From assembly GCA_039831155.1 (NCBI GenBank), contig JBDONT010000041.1, positions 27,974-91,973 on the forward strand: DNA of 64,000 nucleotides, written 5' to 3'. Shown one piece after another: positions 18,464-28,615 of this stretch. Origin of the DNA: Nautiliaceae bacterium (GTDB taxonomy: Bacteria > Campylobacterota > Campylobacteria > Campylobacterales > Nautiliaceae). The notes beneath the pieces are model-generated. The model was not told the origin of the DNA, made no database searches, and saw nothing but the letters and a program-made list of their open reading frames with translations. Positions within the stretch are counted from its first letter, which is position 1; each line of letters opens with the position of its first letter. The position numbers and the translations under genes are program-made.

Positions 18464-19765
18464 ATGGCTAGAAAAATCGGATTTTTAGAAGCGTTTAGTA
18501 TAGGTGTTGGAGGAATGGTTGGTGGAGGTATTTTTGCAGTTTTGGGGTTCACGATAGATTTGGCAAAGGGTGCGGCTCCCGTTGCTTTTTTAATTGCCGG
18601 TATTATTGCTCTTATTACTTCTTACTCTTACGCAAAATTATCGGTTACTTATTTAAGTGAAGGTGGGAGTATTGAGTATATAGTCCAGGCGTTTGGGAAT
18701 AATCTTTTCTCTTCTATTGTTAATAATTTGCTGTTAATTAGTTATGTAATAATGCTTAGTTTGTATGCTTATGCGTTCGGGAGTTATGCAAGTGCTCTTT
18801 TTTTCTCTCAAAAGGTGGAGTGGTTTCATAAACTATGTGCTAGTGGGGTTATTGTTTTATTTGTGATGATAAACTTAATGGGTGCTTTTTTAACCGGAAA
18901 AGCTGAAGATTTGATGGTTTTTATAAAGGTTGCTATTTTATTGATATTTGTGGGAGTTGGGATTTTCAGTGCCGATTTTTCAAGGCTTTCTCTTGCTTAT
19001 TGGGAGAGTGGTATTAAGATAATGACGGGAGGATTTATTATATTTTTGGCGTATGAGGGATTTGAGCTTATAGCAAATACGGCAAAAGATGTAAAAGAGC
19101 TTCAAAAAACTCTGCCGAGGGCTTTTTATGCTTCAGTGTTGTTTGTTATATTTTTGTATGTAAGTATTGCTATTGTAACGGTTGGCAATGTTAGTTTTGA
19201 AGAAGCTAAAAAAGCTCAAGATTACGTTCTTGCAATAGCAACCGAGCCGTTTTTCGGTAAAGCCGGTTTTATCGTAATTTCGGTAGCGGCTCTTCTTTCT
19301 ACTGCAAGTGCGATTAACGCTACTTTATACGGAGGAGGAAGAGTCGGGTATTTGATTGCTAAATTGGGCGAGATTCCAAGTGAATTTGCAAAGAGAGTGA
19401 AAGAGGGGTATGAGGGAATGATTATTTTAGGTTTGCTTGCTATTATTTTCGCTACCAGTTTTGATATTCAAAATATTTCTGTTGCCGGAAGTTTAGGGTT
19501 TTTGATAATATTCGGATTAGTGAATCTTGCTAATTATAAATTAAAAGATAAAACAAAGGCAAACCCTTTTATAGCTTTTTTAGGTTTTATACTCTGTTTT
19601 ACAGCGGCTTTTATTTTGGTGTTTTATAATTTAAAACATTTTCCAGAAGCTTTAAAAAGTAGTTTGCTTGTTGTAGTGATAGTTGTGATTTTTAGTTTTG
19701 TTTATAATAAACTGGGTAAAAAAATGCACTCTATTTTGGATGAAGATTTAAGAAAAGGTAGCTGA
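18464..19765 (+). CDS. APC-family amino acid permease
   Basis: About 12 TMs; GGMVGGGIF and FLAYEGFE motifs. Confidence 0.92.
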   Translation: MARKIGFLEAFSIGVGGMVGGGIFAVLGFTIDLAKGAAPVAFLIAGIIALITSYSYAKLSVTYLSEGGSIEYIVQAFGNNLFSSIVNNLLLISYVIMLSLYAYAFGSYASALFFSQKVEWFHKLCASGVIVLFVMINLMGAFLTGKAEDLMVFIKVAILLIFVGVGIFSADFSRLSLAYWESGIKIMTGGFIIFLAYEGFELIANTAKDVKELQKTLPRAFYASVLFVIFLYVSIAIVTVGNVSFEEAKKAQDYVLAIATEPFFGKAGFIVISVAALLSTASAINATLYGGGRVGYLIAKLGEIPSEFAKRVKEGYEGMIILGLLAIIFATSFDIQNISVAGSLGFLIIFGLVNLANYKLKDKTKANPFIAFLGFILCFTAAFILVFYNLKHFPEALKSSLLVVVIVVIFSFVYNKLGKKMHSILDEDLRKGS

Positions 19766-20820
19766 TGGCTGATGATATGGAAAAAACCGAAGAGCCCACC
19801 TCCAAAAAGCTAGAAGACGCCCGGAAAGAGGGAAATGTCCCCAAATCTATGGATACGACCGGATTTGTGGTTTTACTGATAGGAATTTTGATTTTAATTT
19901 TTTATTTAAAATATGTGGTTCATTATTTGGAGAGGTTTTATAGGTATTATGTCTCTTTTATAGGAATTGAGCTAACTAAAAACATAATTTTTGAAATTTT
20001 ATTAAATACGGCTTTTAACGTCATTATTCTTTTGGCTCCTATTTTAGGGGCGGTTTTGTTAGCCGGGGTTATAGGGAATGTGATGCAGTTTGGATTTTTG
20101 TTTACTACAAAGCCTATAATGCCTAAGTTTGACAAGATTAATCCCATTAAAGGGTTAAAAAGAATTTTTTCTATGAAAACGGTTGTTGAAGGAATAAAGA
20201 TTACTTTAAAAGTGGCGGTGGCTTTTGGAGTCGGGGGGTGGCTTTTTTTTAAGTTTTTTTTGGAAATTCCAAAACTTGAACTTATGAGCTTTTATGAACA
20301 GATTAAATGGTTTGAGAATAAGGCTTTAATTATAATATTTTCTATGTTGGCTGTTTTTTTGGTATTTGCGACACTTGATTTTATTTATCAAAGATACAGT
20401 TATAAAAAATCTCTTCGTATGAGTAAGCAAGAGATAAAAGACGAATATAAACAAACCGAAGGTAACCCGGAAATTAAAGCCAAAATAAGACAACTTCAAA
20501 GAGAAATGGCTAAAAAAAGAATGATGAGCGAAATTCCAAAAGCCGATGTCGTAATTACAAACCCGACTCACTATGCAGTTGCAGTAAGATACGATAAAAC
20601 AAAAGACGAAGCCCCAAGAGTAATTGCAAAGGGTGTGGATAATCTGGCTTTAAAAATTAAAGAGATAGCAAGAGAACACGATATTATGATAGTTGAAAAT
20701 CCTCCTTTAGCAAGAGAACTTTATAAATTGGTGGATGTGGATGAGGTTATTCCTCAAAAATTATATAAAGCGGTAGCCGAAATTTTAGCTTACGTATATA
20801 GAGCAAAAGGCAAGGTTTAG
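19765..20820 (+). CDS. flhB: Flagellar export protein FlhB
   Basis: EKTEEPT..K, EGNPEIK, NPTH autocleavage motif. Confidence 0.97.
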   Translation: MADDMEKTEEPTSKKLEDARKEGNVPKSMDTTGFVVLLIGILILIFYLKYVVHYLERFYRYYVSFIGIELTKNIIFEILLNTAFNVIILLAPILGAVLLAGVIGNVMQFGFLFTTKPIMPKFDKINPIKGLKRIFSMKTVVEGIKITLKVAVAFGVGGWLFFKFFLEIPKLELMSFYEQIKWFENKALIIIFSMLAVFLVFATLDFIYQRYSYKKSLRMSKQEIKDEYKQTEGNPEIKAKIRQLQREMAKKRMMSEIPKADVVITNPTHYAVAVRYDKTKDEAPRVIAKGVDNLALKIKEIAREHDIMIVENPPLARELYKLVDVDEVIPQKLYKAVAEILAYVYRAKGKV

Positions 20821-20841
20821 TTATAATTTCAATAAAAAGGC

Positions 20842-21798
20842 TTGAGAATGGATATTTATAAACAGATTTGGAATGAGATTGAAAAAGCCGATAATATTAT
20901 GCTTATAGCTCATATAAATCCGGACGGGGATGCTTTGGGGAGCAGTTTGAGTCTTTATCCTATTTTGAAAAAAATGGGTAAAAAAGTAACTGTTTTTAAC
21001 TCCACAAAACCTTTGCCGGATTATTTGGATTTTTTGCCTAATTTTAATAAAGTAACCGATAAATTAACTAAAAAAATAGACTTGACAATATCTTTTGACT
21101 GTGGAAGTTTTGATAGATTGGGACTTAAAGAGAAACCCTCTTTTTTAATTAATATAGACCATCATATTTCAAATACCAAGTACGGAGATATCAATCTTAT
21201 AGAGCCTAATTATGCTTCAACTTCTCAAGTTGTTTATGATTTGTTAAAAGCTAATAATGTAGAAATTTTAAAAGAGAGTGCGATTTGTATTTATACGGCT
21301 CTTGTAACGGATACGGGGAGTTTTCAGTATGAGAGTGTAAACGATAAAGTGTTTGAATGTGCGGCTGATTTGGTAAGATGTGGAGTTAAGCCGGATTATA
21401 TTTCTAAAATGCTTTTCCAAAGAGACAGACTCTCGCGTCTTAGACTACTTGCAAAAGCTTATGAGACTATACAGATGTGTTGTGAAGGGAGAGTAGCTTT
21501 TGTGGAAGTGACTCGTGAGATGATGGAAATAACCGGAGCTATAAAAGAAGATACCGATACTATCGTAAACAGTGTGAGGGCTTTGGCTACTGTGGAAGTT
21601 GCCGTAATGCTTAGAGAAGATGAAGAGGGTATAAAAATAAGTCTAAGAAGTAAAAATTGTTCCGATGTCAGTAAAGTTGCCGTAAAATACGGAGGAGGTG
21701 GACATATAAGAGCTGCCGGTGCTACTTTAAAAGGGGAGTTTGATTTTGAAAAAGTAAAAGAGATGTTGAAAAAAGATTTAAAAGAGATTCTTTGTTAA
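20842..21798 (+). CDS. DHH/DHHA1 phosphoesterase (NrnA-like nanoRNase / pAp phosphatase)
   Basis: HINPDGD, IDHH, TDTG, GGGGH..AAG. Confidence 0.93.
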   Translation: MRMDIYKQIWNEIEKADNIMLIAHINPDGDALGSSLSLYPILKKMGKKVTVFNSTKPLPDYLDFLPNFNKVTDKLTKKIDLTISFDCGSFDRLGLKEKPSFLINIDHHISNTKYGDINLIEPNYASTSQVVYDLLKANNVEILKESAICIYTALVTDTGSFQYESVNDKVFECAADLVRCGVKPDYISKMLFQRDRLSRLRLLAKAYETIQMCCEGRVAFVEVTREMMEITGAIKEDTDTIVNSVRALATVEVAVMLREDEEGIKISLRSKNCSDVSKVAVKYGGGGHIRAAGATLKGEFDFEKVKEMLKKDLKEILC

Positions 21799-21844
21799 CT
21801 TCCAATTAACTCCTCTTTTATAGAATTTTGAAAAAAGGAAACAG

Positions 21845-23173
21845 ATGAAAAAGTTGTGGATTTTAATTTTACTTGCTATTGCAGGGGGTGTGGGGTTTGT
21901 ATATTTTTCGCCTATGTTCGAAAAAACACCACCTACTATAGAAATTGAAACAAACGGGTTTAGCAATTTAAAAAAGCCTCTTAAAATTATTTTAAAAGAC
22001 GATTCGGGAATTAAGTATTATAGAATTACTATGATAGGCGGTAATAATGTAACCGAACTTGCTACTATGACAAATCCGTCTATGGGTAAAGAAGTCGTTT
22101 TAGGGGTAAAACTCCCTAAAACAAACGCAAAAGAGATAAAAATAAACGTAGTGGCTGTGGATAATTCTAAATGGCACTTTTTTGCCGGTAATGAAGCTAG
22201 TAAAAGTGTGGTTTTAAAAGTTGACACAGAACCTCCTACTACCGAAATTATAAACAACTCTTATGCGATAGGAAAAGGTGGGAGTGCGGCTGCAGTCGTA
22301 AAAGTCAGTGATGAAAATTTAAAAGACGCTTATGTACTTGTAAATGGAAAATATAAATTTAAACTGACCCCTTTTGTGAAGAAAAACTATTACGTAACGC
22401 TTCTTGCGTGGCCTATTTACGAAAACTCTTTTGATGCCGAACTTGTAGCAGAAGATATGGCTGGTAATGTTGTAAAAGAGCATATTCCGTATTACTGGAG
22501 AAAATATAAATACCCTAAAGCTAAAATTAAGCTTAGTGACAGATTTATTAAAAATGTTGCTGTGAGAGTGCTTGAAAAGATGAATTTAAGTGTACCAAGC
22601 GATCCGGTTGAAATATTTAAAAAAGTAAATGAATACGTAAGAAGTTTAAATGAAAAAGAGATTCACGATATTACGAGTAAAGTGTATGAAGATAAAATAA
22701 ATTACTTTTCTCTTGCCAGATTTAATCCTCTTCCCGGGAGTGCCGTTAGGGCTTATTTTGGGGAAAAGAGAACGTATTATTATCATAACGAAGCTATTTC
22801 AAAAGCCATTCATAAGGGAATAGATTTGGCAAAAATTAAAAGGGCTAAAATTTATTCGAGCAATTACGGAAAAGTGGTAAGTGCTAAATATATAGGAATA
22901 TACGGGAATACTTTGATTGTGTATCATAAACTTGGTCTTTATACGCTTTATGGTCATACGTCGGTATTTAAGGTTAAAATGGGAGATAGGGTAAGAAGAG
23001 GCGAAGTAATAGCCAGAACCGGTTCGACGGGGGCAGTATTCGGTGACCATTTGCATTTTGGGGTTTATATCCAAGGATATGCCGTAAATCCTAAGGAGTG
23101 GATGGATTCTCACTGGATAAAAGTAAATATTACGAATATTATAAACTCTTCAAAAAGGATTATCAATAAATGA
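21845..23173 (+). CDS. M23 family metallopeptidase
   Basis: HKGID, YGH, HLH zinc motifs; N-terminal anchor. Confidence 0.92.
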   Translation: MKKLWILILLAIAGGVGFVYFSPMFEKTPPTIEIETNGFSNLKKPLKIILKDDSGIKYYRITMIGGNNVTELATMTNPSMGKEVVLGVKLPKTNAKEIKINVVAVDNSKWHFFAGNEASKSVVLKVDTEPPTTEIINNSYAIGKGGSAAAVVKVSDENLKDAYVLVNGKYKFKLTPFVKKNYYVTLLAWPIYENSFDAELVAEDMAGNVVKEHIPYYWRKYKYPKAKIKLSDRFIKNVAVRVLEKMNLSVPSDPVEIFKKVNEYVRSLNEKEIHDITSKVYEDKINYFSLARFNPLPGSAVRAYFGEKRTYYYHNEAISKAIHKGIDLAKIKRAKIYSSNYGKVVSAKYIGIYGNTLIVYHKLGLYTLYGHTSVFKVKMGDRVRRGEVIARTGSTGAVFGDHLHFGVYIQGYAVNPKEWMDSHWIKVNITNIINSSKRIINK

Positions 23174-23697
23174 GGCAAAAGAGTATAAGAGTTTTTGAAG
23201 TTGACGATTTTGAACGTTTAAAAAGCGTAGTTGAATCTAAATACGAACTTCTCAAAAATCACTTTTTTTTGTTAAAGGAAAGAAACAGGGAAATTGAAGA
23301 GTTTTTAAAAGAAAAAGGACTCAAGTTTTTAATCGTAAACGAAGAAGGTTTTACTCCTTGTAAGGAAATAACGCCTCAAATTAAAGTAATTGAAAAAGAA
23401 ATAATTAGGGAAGTAAAAAAAGAGACCGTTATTTATGATAAAATAATACGTAGTGGTGAAGAGATAAAAAGCGATAATAATTTAATTTTTTTAAACAGAA
23501 TAAACGCCGGTGCAAAAATTATATGCAGTGGGAATGTGGAAATTTATGCGGAGTGTGAAGGCTTTGTAGATTGCAAAGGCGATGTTTTGATTGTAAAGAA
23601 AAATCAAAAAGGTACGATTTTTTTTAAAGGAGAAGAGATTAAAGAAGTTGAAAAACTGACGCTTTTTACTAAAAATTTTAAGAAGGTTTTACAATGA
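23170..23697 (+). CDS. minC: Septum site-determining protein MinC-like
   Basis: IRSGEEI...RINAGAKI..GNV beta-helix motif; position between M23 and lpxC as in Helicobacter. Confidence 0.8.
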   Translation: MRQKSIRVFEVDDFERLKSVVESKYELLKNHFFLLKERNREIEEFLKEKGLKFLIVNEEGFTPCKEITPQIKVIEKEIIREVKKETVIYDKIIRSGEEIKSDNNLIFLNRINAGAKIICSGNVEIYAECEGFVDCKGDVLIVKKNQKGTIFFKGEEIKEVEKLTLFTKNFKKVLQ

Positions 23698-24572
23698 AGC
23701 AAAGAACTATAAAAAAACCGGTTGAGGCTAGAGGAATAGGATTACATAAAGGTTTACCGGTAAAATTGAGACTTGAGCCGATGGCGGAAAACAGCGGGAT
23801 AGTTTTTTATAGAAGCGATAAGGGAGTTACTATTCCTTTGAGTCCGGAGTATGTAGTGGATACCAAAATGGCTACCGTAATAGGAAAAGACGGAGTTGTA
23901 GTATCTACTATAGAACATTTAATGAGTGCCGTTTACGCTTTTGGAATTGATAATTTAAGAATTGTCGTAGATAATGATGAAATTCCTATAATGGATGGAA
24001 GTGCCATTAGTTTCGTAATGATGATAGAAGAGGCGGGAATAGAAGAGTTAAATGCTCCTAAAAAATTTATTAAAATTACTAAAGAGGTAAAAATTGAAGA
24101 GAAAGAAAAATTTGCCGTTTTAAAACCTAGCGAAGATATCAGTTTTGAATTTGAAATTAACTTTGCCCATCCGGCTATAGGTAATCAAAAATATCTTTTT
24201 GATTTTTCCACTCAAAACTATATTGACGAAATAGCCAGGGCTAGGACGTTTGGGTTTTTAAAAGAAGTTCAGTATTTAAGAAGTATAGGACTAGCCCTTG
24301 GCGGCAGTCTTGATAACGCTATAGTACTTGATGATAAAGGTATTTTAAACGACTCTTTAAGATTTCCGGATGAGTTTGTAAGACATAAAATTTTAGACGC
24401 TATCGGGGATATGAGTTTAATGGGAGCTAATTTTATAGGAGAGTATAAAGCCTTTGCAAGCGGACATCATTTAAATCATCTTTTAACGAAAAAAGTTGTG
24501 GAAGAAAATGCTTATGAGATAGTTACTTTTGAAAAAGAAGGAGAAAAAGCTCTTGCAAAAGCCTTTAGTTGA
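23694..24572 (+). CDS. lpxC: UDP-3-O-acyl-GlcNAc deacetylase
   Basis: GIGLH, TIEHL, ARTFGF, RHKILD. Confidence 0.97.
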   Translation: MKQRTIKKPVEARGIGLHKGLPVKLRLEPMAENSGIVFYRSDKGVTIPLSPEYVVDTKMATVIGKDGVVVSTIEHLMSAVYAFGIDNLRIVVDNDEIPIMDGSAISFVMMIEEAGIEELNAPKKFIKITKEVKIEEKEKFAVLKPSEDISFEFEINFAHPAIGNQKYLFDFSTQNYIDEIARARTFGFLKEVQYLRSIGLALGGSLDNAIVLDDKGILNDSLRFPDEFVRHKILDAIGDMSLMGANFIGEYKAFASGHHLNHLLTKKVVEENAYEIVTFEKEGEKALAKAFS

Positions 24573-25008
24573 TGTGGTTGTAATTCCTATTTCAAAGCCT
24601 TTTTTACTGGGGGTTTATAAAGATAATAAACTTATAAAAAAAATTGAAAAAGAAGGAATGACAAGCGATTTGTTACCGGAGATTTTTGATTCTCTTTTAA
24701 AAGAGTTTAATATTAAGTCGATTATTTACGCAAAAGGTCCCGGAAGTTATATGGCGATAAAACTTGCTTATGTCTTTTTTAAGACGTTACAAATAGTAAA
24801 AGGAATTAAATTGTTTGCAGTTGAGGGGTTTTATTTTAATAAAAATAGTCCTATTAAAGCTGCCGGGAGTAGTTATTTTGTTAAAAAAGAGGGTATAATT
24901 ACACTTAGTAAAAATGAAAAAGAGGGTGTTTTTTCTCTTCCGGATAAGTTGAATTTTGATGATTTTAGCGAAGATGTAGAACCTCTTTATATATTAAAAG
25001 CAGTATAA
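24529..25008 (+). CDS. TsaB-like (glycoprotease-fold) protein; true start may be slightly downstream
   Basis: GPGSYMAIK motif; conserved lpxC-thrB position. Confidence 0.75.
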   Translation: MKKKEKKLLQKPLVDVVVIPISKPFLLGVYKDNKLIKKIEKEGMTSDLLPEIFDSLLKEFNIKSIIYAKGPGSYMAIKLAYVFFKTLQIVKGIKLFAVEGFYFNKNSPIKAAGSSYFVKKEGIITLSKNEKEGVFSLPDKLNFDDFSEDVEPLYILKAV

Positions 25009-25016
25009 GGGTGTAA

Positions 25017-25898
25017 ATGGTTATAACAGTTCCGGCAACAAGTGCTAATTTGGGTTCAGGATTTGATACGTTAGGTCTTGCGATTAATTTAAGAAATGAA
25101 ATAGAAATAACTCCTAGCGAATATACCAGTATAGAGATTTACGGAGAAAATGCCGATTATTTAAGAACCTTAAAAAGAAACTATTTTGTGGAGATTTTTA
25201 ACGAACATTATAGAAATTTAACCGGTAAAGAGGGTAAATTTAAATTTAAATTTAATAATAAAATTCCTCTCTCTCGTGGTCTTGGGAGTTCGTCAGCCGT
25301 TATTATAGCTGCAATTACGGCTGCTTATGATGCTGCTCAAGTACCTTATAAAAAGGACAGAATTATTAACCTTGCACTTGCTTATGAGCCTCATCCGGAT
25401 AATATTACACCGGCGGCTCTTGGGGGATTTTGTGTGGCGAAACTTAAAAAAAACCGTGTCTATTTTTTAAAAAAATTTATTCCTACATATTTAAGAGCCG
25501 TAATAGTTATTCCTAATAAAACCATTTCCACTCAAAAAAGCCGTACGGCTTTAAAAACCCATTACTCATTAAAAGATATAGTTACGAATATTTCAAGTTC
25601 TTCTATGATTACGGCGGCTTTTTTTAGTGAAAAGTTCGATATTTTAAGAAATGTAGTCGAAGATAAGATTCATCAGGAAAACAGAATGAAAGCAGTACCG
25701 GAACTGTTTAGAGTAAGGGAAATTGCCCTTAGAGAGGGGGCTTTGATGTCTACTCTTAGTGGAAGTGGGTCTACGTTTTTTAACCTGGCTTATAAAGACG
25801 ACGCTTATAGTATTTATAATGTGCTTAGGGATAATTTTAAAGATTTTAACGTAAAAATACTTCAATTTGACAATGTGGGAGTAAAAGTATACAATTAA
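25017..25898 (+). CDS. thrB: Homoserine kinase
   Basis: VPATSANLG.GFD, PLSRGLGSS, HPDN, LSGSG. Confidence 0.96.
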   Translation: MVITVPATSANLGSGFDTLGLAINLRNEIEITPSEYTSIEIYGENADYLRTLKRNYFVEIFNEHYRNLTGKEGKFKFKFNNKIPLSRGLGSSSAVIIAAITAAYDAAQVPYKKDRIINLALAYEPHPDNITPAALGGFCVAKLKKNRVYFLKKFIPTYLRAVIVIPNKTISTQKSRTALKTHYSLKDIVTNISSSSMITAAFFSEKFDILRNVVEDKIHQENRMKAVPELFRVREIALREGALMSTLSGSGSTFFNLAYKDDAYSIYNVLRDNFKDFNVKILQFDNVGVKVYN

Positions 25899-25899
25899 A

Positions 25900-26154
25900 A
25901 GTGGAAAGTGGAAAATGGAAAAACATAAGCCTATTAGAATGTGTGTGGTTTGCAGAAAAAGATTTTTTCAATCGGAACTTAATAGGCTGCAGTGTGAAAA
26001 CTCTAAATTGATAAAGTTTAGAGGGAGTGGAAGAAGTTTTTATGTGTGTAAAAATTGCGTTTCTCATAAAAAGTTTATTCAATATATCTCTAAAAAGTGT
26101 AATTTTTCAAAAGAGAATGCAAAAGAACAAATTTTCCATTTTCCATTTTCCATT
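25900..26154 (+). repeat. Inverted pair of heptamer tandem repeats (ARTGGAA x3 / TTCCATT x3) flanking ylxR; 23-bp stem
   Basis: 25900-25922 AGTGGAAAGTGGAAAATGGAAAA pairs with 26132-26154 TTTTCCATTTTCCATTTTCCATT; only two G-U wobbles. Confidence 0.85.
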
Positions 26155-26163
26155 ATAAATTAA
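25915..26163 (+). CDS. ylxR: YlxR/DUF448 family RNA-binding protein
   Basis: PIRMCVVCR...GRSFYVC..C; directly upstream of infB. Confidence 0.9.
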   Translation: MEKHKPIRMCVVCRKRFFQSELNRLQCENSKLIKFRGSGRSFYVCKNCVSHKKFIQYISKKCNFSKENAKEQIFHFPFSIIN

Positions 26164-26176
26164 AAAAGGAGTTTAC

Positions 26177-28615
26177 TTGAAAATAAAAGTATCAGAGGTA
26201 GCAAGAGAATTAGGATTAAAAGCGAAAGAGGTTGTTGAAATTGCAAAAGAGATAGGAATTGAAGCTAAAGTAAGAGGTGAAATTACAGCTATGGAAGCTG
26301 CAAAAATTCAGGAACATTTCTTAAATGTAGGTAAGAAAAAAGAAGAAAAAAAAGAGGTAAAAGAGGAGAAGCCACAACAAGTAAAAAAAGAGGAAAAACC
26401 AAGACGCAGAAGAAGAAACTCTTTTAATGATTTAGTAAACAGAACTCAAGGTAGCATTAAAGTAGTTAAAAAAGCGGAACCTAAAGTGGAAAAGGTTGAA
26501 AAAGAACCGGAAATTAAAGAAAAAGTTAAAGAAGAGAAGCCAAAACCAAAAGTTCAAAAACCTAAAAAACCACAACCGGCTAAAAAAAGAGAGGAAAAAG
26601 AACTTCAAATAAATGTAGATTTGGCTGAAATGGATGTAATTGAAGAAAATCAAGTGGAACTTTTGGATTTGTATTTTAATGACGTAAACCTTAAAAATGA
26701 TGAAGAGCTTGAAGAAAAAGCGAAAACAAAAACTCAAGCCCAAAAACAGAAAAAACAACCTCCAAAAAGAAGAAAACCTAGTGAAAACAATATTACAAAA
26801 GAGGTAGCTAAAAAGAAAAAGAAAAAAAAGAAAAAAGAAGCTGAAGTTAAAACGGTAAAAATTCCTAAAGAAGTAAGGGTTTATGAGTTTGCAGAAGCTA
26901 TTAATAAACCTCTTGAAAAAGTGATTGAAGCTTTAAGAGAACTTGGAGAAGAGAGAGATAAAAACGACTTTTTAGGTGAAGAGTATATCGAAACTTTGGC
27001 TGAAGAGTTTGGGGTTGATGTAGAAATTTATGACCCTCTGGCTGAATTTGATTACGTTAAAAAATATGATTCTATTAAAGACGATGAAAAAGATTTGGTT
27101 GAAAGACCACCTATTGTTACTATTATGGGACATGTTGACCACGGTAAAACAAGTCTGCTTGATAAAATCAGAAATTCTCGCGTAGCAGCAAAAGAAGCCG
27201 GTGGAATTACTCAACATATTGGTGCTTATATGGTTGAAAAAGACGGTAAGAAAATTACGTTTATCGATACCCCGGGACACGAAGCGTTTACGGAAATGAG
27301 AGCAAGAGGAGCTCAAGTTACGGATATAGCTATTATTGTTGTAGCCGCAGATGACGGTGTAATGCCTCAAACAAGAGAAGCGATAGCTCACGCACAGGCT
27401 GCAAACGTACCGTTTATTATTGCAGTAAATAAGATAGATAAACCTCAAGCAAATCCGGATTTAGTAAAATCTCAACTTGCAGAAATGGGTATTACTCCGG
27501 TTGAATGGGGTGGAGATTATGAGTTTGTAAACGTTTCTGCAAAAACCGGCGAAGGAATAGACGATTTACTTGAGACTATTTTACTTCAAGCTGAAATGAT
27601 GGAATTAAAAGCAAACCCGAAAAGAAAAGCAAAAGCCGTTGTTATTGAAAGTAGAGTTGAAAAAGGGAAAGGACCGGTTGCGACTATTATCGTTAAAAAC
27701 GGAACCCTTAAAAAATCAGACAGTTTTGTATGTGGTAAAACATACGGAAGAGTAAGACTTATCATTGACGACCTTGGTAAACAGAAAAAAGAGGTGCTTC
27801 CTGGTGAGCCGGCAGAAATTACGGGATTTGATGAAGTACCGATGGCGGGGGATGTTTTAGTTGCAGTAGATAGCGATAAAGTAGCTAAAGAAACGGCCGA
27901 AAAATGGAAAGAGTTCCTAGAACAAAGAGAAAAATCGAAATCTACAAAAGCGACTCTTGAAGATTTACAAAAAATGATACTAGAAGGTGAGCTTAAAAAA
28001 CTTCCGGTAATTATAAAAGCCGATACTCAAGGAAGTGTGGAGGCTATTAAAGGTAGTCTTGCTAAACTTAAAAATGATGAGGTTAAAGTGGATGTTATTC
28101 ACAGTGATGTAGGGGCAATTACTGAAAATGACGTAATACTAGCAAAAGCAACGGAACCTCACGCAATTATTTTAGGATTTAACGTACGTCCTACGAGTCA
28201 AGCTAAAAACAAAGCAAAACAAGAGGGAATAGAAATTAGAACCTATTCGATTATTTATGATTTAATTGATGATGTAAAAGAACTTTTATCGGGTCTAATG
28301 ACACCGAAAATTAAAGAAGAAGTTACGGCTACCGTAGAAGTTAGAGACGTATTTAACGTACCTCGTGTCGGAACCGTTGCCGGATGTTACGTACAAGACG
28401 GTGTTGTTCACAGGGGAGATTATGTACGTGTAATTAGAGACGGAGTTGTAATTTACGATAGCAAACTAGCTTCACTTAAAAGATTTAAAGACGACGTTAA
28501 AGAAGTCGGTAAAGGTTTTGAGTGTGGTATTATGGTAGAAGGATATAACGACGTAAAAGTTGGAGATATTTTAGAGACTTACCAAAAAATAGAAGAAAAA
28601 GCTAAGTTTGAATAA
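26177..28615 (+). CDS. infB: Translation initiation factor IF-2
   Basis: TTG start with [20 protein letters not shown]-terminal GFECG. Confidence 0.98.
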   Translation: MKIKVSEVARELGLKAKEVVEIAKEIGIEAKVRGEITAMEAAKIQEHFLNVGKKKEEKKEVKEEKPQQVKKEEKPRRRRRNSFNDLVNRTQGSIKVVKKAEPKVEKVEKEPEIKEKVKEEKPKPKVQKPKKPQPAKKREEKELQINVDLAEMDVIEENQVELLDLYFNDVNLKNDEELEEKAKTKTQAQKQKKQPPKRRKPSENNITKEVAKKKKKKKKKEAEVKTVKIPKEVRVYEFAEAINKPLEKVIEALRELGEERDKNDFLGEEYIETLAEEFGVDVEIYDPLAEFDYVKKYDSIKDDEKDLVERPPIVTIMGHVDHGKTSLLDKIRNSRVAAKEAGGITQHIGAYMVEKDGKKITFIDTPGHEAFTEMRARGAQVTDIAIIVVAADDGVMPQTREAIAHAQAANVPFIIAVNKIDKPQANPDLVKSQLAEMGITPVEWGGDYEFVNVSAKTGEGIDDLLETILLQAEMMELKANPKRKAKAVVIESRVEKGKGPVATIIVKNGTLKKSDSFVCGKTYGRVRLIIDDLGKQKKEVLPGEPAEITGFDEVPMAGDVLVAVDSDKVAKETAEKWKEFLEQREKSKSTKATLEDLQKMILEGELKKLPVIIKADTQGSVEAIKGSLAKLKNDEVKVDVIHSDVGAITENDVILAKATEPHAIILGFNVRPTSQAKNKAKQEGIEIRTYSIIYDLIDDVKELLSGLMTPKIKEEVTATVEVRDVFNVPRVGTVAGCYVQDGVVHRGDYVRVIRDGVVIYDSKLASLKRFKDDVKEVGKGFECGIMVEGYNDVKVGDILETYQKIEEKAKFE

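Noticed and set aside
19765-20820. flhB isolated from other flagellar genes
   Set aside because: Scattered flagellar genes are normal in Campylobacterota
26432-27448. Minus-strand ORFs of 108 and 158 aa and a poly-Lys A-rich tract within infB
   Set aside because: Antisense shadows; Lys runs are normal in the IF-2 N-terminus and the frame is intact
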